Source: a virus
Taxonomy: Duplodnaviria > Heunggongvirae > Uroviricota > Caudoviricetes
Virus record (IMG/VR): IMGVR_UViG_2740892233_000008
DNA length: 5,100 nt
Reading direction: 5' to 3' (one strand)
Positions 1 through 5,100 of this stretch are shown piece after piece. The notes under the pieces are model-generated. The model worked only from the letters and a program-made list of their open reading frames with translations, searched no databases and was not told the DNA's origin. Position 1 is the first letter of the stretch; every line of letters starts with the position of its first letter. The translations under genes were made by a program, and so were the position numbers.

Positions 1-239
1 CGGTGGCAAAAGGGAAAACAACCACCCTGACGGTTTCTTTTGAGCCGGAAAGTGCAACCGACAAGACGTTCAGAGCGGTTTCCGCCGATCCGTCGAAAGC
101 CACCATTAGTGTGAAAGATATGACAATTACGGTAAACGGCGTGGCGACAGGTAAGGTGCAGATCCCTGTGGTGAGCGGAAATGGTCAGTTCGCCGCAGTG
201 GCTGAAGTCACCGTTACTGAAGCGGGCGCTGCAGGGTAA
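1..239 (+). CDS. V: Major tail protein V, C-terminal Ig-like (Big_2-type) domain; 5'-partial, gene begins upstream of the window
   Basis: Frame is open from the window edge (codon phase starting at nt 3) to TAA at 237-239. Translation ...[71 protein letters not shown] closely resembles the C-terminal domain of phage lambda gpV as I recall it. It lies directly upstream of G, as in lambda. The GTG at nt 3 used by the ORF track is an artefact of the window edge, not the true start. Confidence 0.8.
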   Translation, partial: VAKGKTTTLTVSFEPESATDKTFRAVSADPSKATISVKDMTITVNGVATGKVQIPVVSGNGQFAAVAEVTVTEAGAAG

Positions 240-252
240 ACGGAGGTAATAC

Positions 253-675
253 ATGTTTCTGAAAACAGAACAATTTGAATATAACGGTGTGTCCGTCACG
301 CTTTCCGAATTGTCTGCGCTGCAGCGGTTTGATTATATAAAGTTTGTTTCAGACGCAGAACAACAGGAGACAACGAAGCATGATGTCGTGCACATTAACC
401 AGCGATATCTGGAAACGGCATCCCTGCTTGTGGCGATGTCGCTATGGCATTCCCATTCCCTCAAAGGCACTCTGGCCTCTCCGGAGACAGAGATGCAGCA
501 GATCCGCCGTGAAGTGATGCTGGGATGGCCTGCTGATGCACTGAATCAGGCAACGAACCGGGTGCTTTATCTTTCAGGTATGCTGGATAACCGGCACGAT
601 GCCGATCCTGAACAAACCGGGAAAGCAGAAGCGACTGAGCCGGTAACATCAAAAAAGCATTCGAAGGCGAGCTGA
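253..675 (+). CDS. G: Tail assembly chaperone G (zero-frame product)
   Basis: ATG at 253 is preceded by GGAGG at 242-246 with a 6-nt spacer; TGA stop at 673-675; 140 aa. The N-terminus MFLKTEQFEYNGVSVTLSELSALQ... and the internal motif LVAMSLWH match lambda gpG from memory. It lies between V and H, as in lambda. Confidence 0.9.
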   Translation: MFLKTEQFEYNGVSVTLSELSALQRFDYIKFVSDAEQQETTKHDVVHINQRYLETASLLVAMSLWHSHSLKGTLASPETEMQQIRREVMLGWPADALNQATNRVLYLSGMLDNRHDADPEQTGKAEATEPVTSKKHSKAS

Positions 676-1115
676 ACTTTGTCCTGAAACTGGCGCGAGA
701 GATGGGGAGACCCGACTGGCGCGCCATGCTTGCCGGGATGACATCCACCGAATATGCCGACTGGCGACGTTTTTACTGCACGCATTATTTTCAGGATACC
801 CAACTGGACGCTCATTTTTCCGGGCTGATGTACGCCGTACTCAGCCTGTTTTTTGGCGATCCGGATATGCATCCGGCGGATTTCAGTCTGCTTGCTCCAG
901 CGTGTGAGGAAGAGCAGACGGAGATGCCGGACGAGGAAGAAATGCTGATGCAGAAAGCGACAGGAGTTGCCGGAGGCGTCCGGTTCGGAGGGGACGGAGG
1001 GCGCGATATTTCACCTTCTGCGGATGTGGTGGATGTCAGCGAGGATGATGTTGCATTAATGATGGCTTCAGCGGGGATTTCCGGAGGTGTGAGATATGTC
1101 CCAGCCAGCGGGTGA
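253..1115 (+). CDS. G-T: Tail assembly chaperone G-T fusion made by programmed -1 ribosomal frameshift (join 253..657, 657..1115)
   Basis: The downstream ORF (track 702..1115) is in the -1 frame relative to G and has no convincing RBS before its first ATG. That -1 frame is closed by stops at 609-611 and 636-638, opens at 639, and overlaps G until the G stop at 673-675. Its translation ...REMGRPDWRAMLAGMTSTEYADWRRFY...VLSLFFGDPDMHP... matches the lambda gpT segment of G-T from memory. It ends at TGA 1113-1115, overlapping the H start. Confidence 0.8.
651..657 (+). promoter_or_regulatory. Slippery heptanucleotide A AAA AAG for the G-T -1 frameshift
   Basis: In the G frame the codons are UCA AAA AAG CAU (S-K-K-H), so A AAA AAG at 651-657 is an X XXY YYZ heptamer. 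It is the only such heptamer within 639-672, the interval where the -1 frame is open and G has not yet terminated. The same heptamer is the known slippery site of E. coli dnaX. Confidence 0.7.
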
Positions 1116-3881
1116 TCTGGTTATTGATTTGAGTCTGGATGCGGCCCGGTTTGATGAACAGATGGCCCGGGTACACCGTCATTTTTCCAGTCTGGAGGCG
1201 GATGCCAGAAAAACCGCCAGTACTGTTGAACAGGGGCTGAGCCGACAGGCGCTGGCTGCACAAAAAGCCGGGATATCAGTCGGACAGTATAAGGCTGCCA
1301 TGCGCACACTGCCCGCACAGTTCACGGATATTGTCACTCAGCTTGCCGGTGGTCAGAATCCCTTCCTTATCATGCTGCAGCAGGGGGGGCAGATCAGCGA
1401 TTCATTCGGTGGACCGCTCAGCCTGCTTACCCTGCTGAAGGAGGAACTTCTCGGGATCAGGGATGCCTCTGAATCATCAGAGGAGTCGCTGTCAGATACG
1501 GCAAATGCACTGGCTGAAAATGCCCGGAATGCCGGTGAGCTGGGACGATTTATGTCGGTGGCCCGTGTGGCGGCAGGTGGCGGGGTTGCCGTACTGGCCG
1601 CGCTTGCTGCCGCCGCCTGGCAGGCAGAGCAGGCTGACCGGGCCTTATTGCGTTCACTGATCCTGACCGGAGGGGCGGCTGCCACCACAACGGCAGAATT
1701 GTGGAAAATGGCCGGGGTGATCAGCGATGAAGCCGGTGGTGGTATCAGACAGGCGGCAGAAAATCTGGCCCGTCTGGCAGAAAGCGGGAAATATACCGCC
1801 GGGCAGCTACGGATCATGGGGGAAACCTCTCAGAGATGGCTGCAGACGGTGGGGGACGATGCCGGGAAGGTGGAAAAAGCCTTTGAAGGGATTGCAGCAG
1901 ATCCGGTGAAGGCGCTGGCCTCCCTGAATCAGCAGTATAACTTCCTGAGCGTTTCCCAGTTACGCCATATTGATGAGCTTGAGCGCACGAAAGGTAAACA
2001 GGCTGCGGTGACGGAGGCGATGTCCCTGTTTGCGGATGTCATGAATGCACGTCTGGAGCAACTTGATAAAGCGGCCACGCCGGTGGAAAAAATCTGGGAC
2101 GATGTTAAAACCTGGACTTCTGACGCATGGGCATGGATAGGTGATCATACACTGGGGGCACTCAGTCTGATCACTGACGTGGTGGCCGGAACCGTTGAAC
2201 AAGTGAAGCTGCTGCTTGTGCAGGGGGATCTGGCGCTGGCTGAATTTATTCAGTCAGCCTGGGAAACGACAAAGAATGTGCCCGGCGTTGGTGCGTTGTT
2301 TGGTGAACTGGCAGAAGAGAACCGCGTATTTATTGAGAAAACAAAACGCGATGAACTGGCGCTGAGAAAATCCATTGCGGAACGGGATGCGCGTATACGC
2401 CAGGGGGAAATGGGGTACATCAACCGCTCGCGTGCAACAGGCGTCAGCAAAGGTCCAGGGCAGCAGGAAGCCGTCAGCCGTCTGGCTGAAGAGCTGACAG
2501 GTAAAAAGCATACATCACCGAAAACGCGCTCTGCCGGGGAGAGGGAAGAGGAGCAGGCAAGAGAGGCTCTGCTTGCCCTTGAAGCTGAGCTCAGGACGCT
2601 GGAAAAACACAGCGGTGCGAATGAGAAAATCAGTCGGCAGCGCCGTGATTTATGGAAGGCGGAAAGTCAGTATGCGGTCCTGAAAGAGGCTGCCACGAAA
2701 CGACAGTTATCTGAGCAGGAAAAATCCCTGCTGGCGCATAAAGACGAGACGCTGGAGTACAAACGCCAGCTGGCTGAGCTGGGCGACAAGGTTGAATACC
2801 AGAAACGCCTGAATGAGCTGGCACAGCAGGCGGTGCGGTTTGAAGAGCAACAGAGCGCGAAGCAGGCCGCCATCAGCGCAAAAGCCCGCGGTCTCACTGA
2901 CCGTCAGGCGCAGCGGGAGTCTGAAGCGCAGCGTCTTCGGGACGTGTACGGTGATAATCCGCAGGCGCTGGCCCGGGTCACTGGGGCACTGAAACAGACA
3001 TGGGCGGATGAAGACATGCTGCGCGGTGACTGGCTGGCCGGGCTGAAGTCCGGCTGGGGGGAGTGGGCGGAAAGTGCGACGGACAGTTTTTCGCAGGTTA
3101 AAAGTGCTGCCACGCAGACCTTTGNNNNNNNNNNGCTGCGCTGGCGAAGGCCACATCGGCACTGAAGAACACCTGGTCTGCGGAGGAGCAGCTTCGTGGA
3201 AGCTGGATGGCCGGGCTGAAGTCCGGCTGGGGCGAGTGGGCGGAAAGTGCGACGGACAGTTTTTCGCAGGTTAAAAGTGCTGCCACGCAGACCTTTGACG
3301 GTATTGCACAGAATATGGCGGCGATGCTGACCGGTGCAGAGGCAGACTGGCGGGGATTCACCCGTTCGGTGCTGTCCATGATGACAGAAATCCTGCTTAA
3401 ACAGGCCATGGTGGGCATTGTCGGGCGTATCGGCAGCGCCATTGGCGGTGCTTTCGGTGGTGGTGCATCTGCTTCCTCGGGGACGGCCATTGAGGCTGCG
3501 GCGGCGAACTTCCATTTCGCGACCGGAGGATTTACGGGGACGGGCGGCAAATATGAGCCTGCGGGGATAGTTCACCGCGGGGAGTTTGTTTTCACGAAAG
3601 AGGCAACCAGCCGGATAGGTGTGGGGAATCTTTACCGTCTGATGCGCGGCTATGCGGAAGGTGGTTATGTGGGTGGTGCCGGAAGTCCGGCGCAGATGCG
3701 GCGGGCGGAAGGCATTAATTTTAATCAGAACAATCACGTGGTGATTCAGAACGACGGTATCAACGGACAGGCGGGACCGCAGCTGATGAAGGCGGTGTAT
3801 GACATGGCCCGCAAGGGGGCGCAGGATGAACTCCGGCTGCAGTTGCGTGATGGCGGTATGTTATCAGGGAGCGGGCGATGA
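1096..3881 (+). CDS. H: Tail tape measure protein H; reading frame broken in this assembly by the N10 gap at 3125-3134 and a duplicated flank
   Basis: ATG at 1096 is preceded by GGAGG at 1083-1087 with an 8-nt spacer, and the start overlaps the end of G-T by 20 nt. The N-terminus MSQPAGDLVIDLSLDAARFDEQMARVHRHFS...SRQALAAQKAGISVGQYKAAMRTLPAQFTDIVTQLAGG and the C-terminal part (track ORF 3207..3881: ...MLTGAEADWRGFTRSVLSMMTEILLKQAMVGIVG...GGFTGTGGKYEPAGIVHRGEFVFTKEATSRIGVGNLYRLMRGYAEGGYVGG...RDGGMLSGSGR) match lambda gpH from memory. A charged, helical E/Q/R/K-rich central region is typical of tape measure proteins. Stop TGA at 3879-3881. If the duplicated overlap is collapsed (1096..3124 joined to 3298..3881) the gene is in frame and about 870 codons, against 853 for lambda. 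Confidence 0.88.
3035..3297 (+). repeat. Direct duplicate flanking gap 1: 3035-3124 and 3208-3297 (90 nt, 1 mismatch); probably unmerged contig-end overlap
   Basis: By hand alignment at offset 173 the two 90-nt copies differ only at 3060 (g) versus 3233 (c), a synonymous Gly third position. Homology continues upstream (2962-3034 versus 3135-3207) but is much more divergent, giving ALARVTGALKQTWADEDMLRGDWLAGLK versus AALAKATSALKNTWSAEEQLRGSWMAGLK. Confidence 0.85.
3125..3134. other. Assembly or scaffold gap (10 N) inside gene H
   Basis: Run of exactly 10 ambiguous bases. Flanking sequence is duplicated (3035-3124 and 3208-3297), and the reading frame changes across the gap. Confidence 0.95.
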
Positions 3882-4080
3882 AAACCTTTCGCTGGAAAGT
3901 GAAGCCGGATATGGAGGTGAACTCGCAGCCATCGGTGCGTGAAGTGCGTTNNNNNNNNNNCTCCGGCTGCAGTTGCGTGATGGCGGTATGTTATCAGGGA
4001 GCGGGCGATGAAAACATTTCGCTGGAAAGTGAAGCCGGATATGGAGGTGAACTCGCAGCCATCGGTGCGTGAAGTGCGTT
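3831..4080 (+). repeat. Direct duplicate flanking gap 2: 3831-3950 and 3961-4080 (120 nt, 1 mismatch), covering the H 3' end and M 5' end
   Basis: Hand alignment at offset 130; the single difference is c at 3886 versus a at 4016 (ACC versus ACA, both Thr). Each copy carries the H stop, the overlapping M start and the first 24 codons of M. Confidence 0.9.
3951..3960. other. Assembly or scaffold gap (10 N) at the H/M junction
   Basis: Run of exactly 10 N flanked by a 120-nt direct duplicate (3831-3950 and 3961-4080). Confidence 0.95.
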
Positions 4081-4337
4081 TTGGTGACGGGTACTCACAG
4101 CGTATGGCGGCAGGGCTGAATGCTGACCTGAAAACATACCGTGTGACGCTTTCCGTGACCCGGGAGGAGGCCCGGCATCTGGAAGCGTTCCTGGCAGAGC
4201 ACGGAGGCTGGAAGGCATTTTTGTGGAAGCCACCCTATGCATACCGGCAGATAAAGGTGACCTGTGCCGGGTGGTCTGCGCGGGTCGGGATGTTGCGCGT
4301 TGAGTTCAGCGCGGAGTTTAAGCAGGTGGTGAACTGA
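4008..4337 (+). CDS. M: Minor tail protein M (tail tip assembly)
   Basis: 109 aa; MKTFRWKVKPDMEVNSQPSVREVRFGDGYSQR...HGGWKAFLWKPPYAYRQIKVTCAGWSARVGMLRVEFSAEFKQVVN is nearly collinear with lambda gpM (also 109 aa) as I recall it. GGGAG lies 6 nt upstream of the ATG, and the ATG overlaps the H stop (ATGA). An artefactual duplicate of the first 73 nt of this gene lies at 3878-3950, before the gap. Confidence 0.9.
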   Translation: MKTFRWKVKPDMEVNSQPSVREVRFGDGYSQRMAAGLNADLKTYRVTLSVTREEARHLEAFLAEHGGWKAFLWKPPYAYRQIKVTCAGWSARVGMLRVEFSAEFKQVVN

Positions 4338-5100
4338 TGCAGGATATTCACGAAGAAAGTCTGAACGAGTCGGTTAAATCAGAGCAGTCACCGCGGGTGG
4401 TACTCTGGGAAATCGACCTGACGGTACAGGGTGGTGAGCGGTATTTTTTCTGCAATGAGCTGAATGAAAAAGGGGAGGCGGTTACCTGGCAGGGGCGGCA
4501 ATATCAGGCATACCCGATTGACGGCAGTGGCTTTGAGATGAACGGGAAGGGCAGCAGTGCCAGACCGTNNNNNNNNNNCTCTTAACGAGTCGGTTAAGTC
4601 AGAGCAGTCACCGCGGGTGGTACTCTGGGAAATCGACCTGACGGTGCAGGGCGGTGAGCGGTATTTTTTCTGCAATGAGCTGAATGAAAAAGGGGAGCCG
4701 GTGACCTGGCAGGGGCGTGAATATCAGGCGTACCCGATTGAGGGGAGTGGCTTTGAGATGAACGGAAAGGGCAGCAGTGCCCGCCCGTCGCTGACGGTGT
4801 CCAATCTGTTCGGTCTTGTCACCGGGATGGCGGAGGATTTGCAGAGCCTGGTGGGTGCCACGGTGGTCCGCCGCCGGGTGTATGCCCGTTTTCTGGATGC
4901 GGTGAACTTTGTGGCAGGCAATCCGGAAGCGGACCCGGAGCAGGAGCTGAGAGACCGCTGGGTGGTGGAGCAGATGTCATCGCTGACGGCCATGACGGCC
5001 TCGTTTGTGCTGGCCACACCGACCGAGACGGACGGGGCGCTGTTTCCCGGTCGCATCATGCTGGCGAACACCTGTATGTGGGATTACCGGGGAGATGAAT
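4337..5100 (+). CDS. L: Minor tail protein L; 3'-partial (continues past the window), interrupted in this assembly by the N10 gap at 4569-4578 and a duplicated flank
   Basis: ATG at 4337 overlaps the M stop (TGATG), with AGGTGG 7 nt upstream. MQDIHEESLNESVKSEQSPRVVLWEIDLTVQGGERYFFCNELNEKGE.VTWQGR.YQAYPI.GSGFEMNGKGSSARP, then after the gap ...SLTVSNLFGLVTGMAEDLQSLVGATVVRRRVYARFLDAVNFVAGNPEADPEQE...FVLATPTETDGALFPGRIMLANTCMWDYRGDE, matches lambda gpL from memory. The post-gap part (frame phase starting at 4581) is open to the window end and absent from the ORF track only because it has no stop in the window. Confidence 0.88.
4359..4788 (+). repeat. Direct duplicate flanking gap 3: 4359-4568 and 4579-4788 (about 210 nt, about 93% identical), two alleles of the L 5' region
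   Basis: Hand alignment at offset 220 gives about 15 mismatches, mostly at third codon positions, with 3 amino-acid differences (A/P, Q/E, D/E in GEAVTWQGRQYQAYPIDG versus GEPVTWQGREYQAYPIEG). Confidence 0.85.
4569..4578. other. Assembly or scaffold gap (10 N) inside gene L
   Basis: Run of exactly 10 N flanked by a roughly 210-nt direct duplicate (4359-4568 and 4579-4788). Confidence 0.95.

Noticed and set aside
619-625. GGGAAAG heptamer, identical to the canonical lambda G-T slippery sequence
   Set aside because: It is in the wrong phase relative to the G frame here (codons GGG AAA, not G GGA AAG), and the -1 frame entered from it hits TGA at 636-638 before reaching the T domain. The A AAA AAG at 651-657 is the better candidate.
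702-1115. Track ORF with an ATG at 702, as an independently translated T gene
   Set aside because: There is no convincing Shine-Dalgarno before 702, and the frame is already open from 639 and overlaps G. In lambda the T sequence is expressed only as the G-T frameshift fusion. I treat it as the 3' part of G-T.
2904-3737. Long minus-strand ORF (277 aa), with other minus-strand ORFs at 1353-1817, 2707-3162, 3098-3550, 4724-5071 and 4819-5019
   Set aside because: They are entirely antisense to confidently identified plus-strand tail genes. Their translations are low-complexity and rich in R, P, S and A, as expected of GC-rich shadow frames. Several run across N gaps, and none has a convincing RBS. 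I consider them non-coding.
3207-3881. Track ORF 3207..3881 (224 aa) as a separate gene downstream of H
   Set aside because: Its frame is open upstream to the gap, and its sequence is the conserved C-terminal region of the tape measure protein. It is the 3' part of H, separated only by the assembly gap.
3878-4072. Track ORFs 3878..4072 (64 aa), 3074..3274 (66 aa) and the ...LRWRRPHRH tail of 1096..3165
   Set aside because: These are chimeric translations that read through or end just after N gaps (the XXXX in the track). They are artefacts of the gap and duplication, not genes.
3125-4578. N runs with regular repeats as a possible CRISPR-like or other structured array
   Set aside because: The N runs are ambiguous-base placeholders, not sequence. 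The flanking repeats are protein-coding and different at each site, and no short conserved repeat-spacer periodicity exists.
3035-4788. The three direct repeats as real biology (tandem duplications in tape measure or L, IS element ends, or att sites)
   Set aside because: Every repeat abuts a run of exactly 10 N, the repeat lengths differ (90, 120 and 210 nt), the frame is not preserved across the gaps, and the repeats duplicate ordinary coding sequence. This is the signature of overlapping contig ends left unmerged by a scaffolder. No inverted repeats or target-site duplications of the kind expected for a mobile element are present.
1-5100. A novel defence system, toxin-antitoxin pair, moron or other accessory cargo inserted in the tail operon
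   Set aside because: Every base of the window is accounted for by V, G/G-T, H, M and L, with overlapping or near-abutting boundaries and lambda-like gene order. No intergenic space, oppositely oriented gene or compositionally distinct insert is left to house such a system.

Overview
This window is a contiguous, same-strand (+) block of lambdoid phage tail-morphogenesis genes in the canonical lambda order: 3' end of major tail protein V, tail assembly chaperone G with its -1 frameshift extension G-T, tape measure protein H, and minor tail proteins M and L (L runs off the 3' edge). It is most likely a lambda-like prophage or phage of an enterobacterial host. Protein identifications rest on my recollection of the phage lambda proteins, not on a search. 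I do not see a novel biological system here. The ORFs on the minus strand look like non-coding shadows of the GC-rich plus-strand genes. The most notable signals are technical and evolutionary: three runs of exactly 10 N (3125-3134, 3951-3960, 4569-4578), each flanked by near-identical direct duplicates of 90-210 nt. I read these as unmerged overlapping contig ends joined by a scaffolder, not real tandem duplications. The synonymous-biased differences between the duplicate copies suggest at least two related lambdoid tail modules in the source sample. The G-T frameshift site appears to be A AAA AAG (651-657), not the lambda-type GGGAAAG, which is present at 619-625 but in the wrong phase. Overlapping stop/start codons (H/M ATGA, M/L TGATG, T/H 20-nt overlap) indicate translational coupling. 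No tRNA, rRNA, CRISPR array, IS element, attachment site or obvious promoter/terminator was found; the whole window lies inside a late operon.
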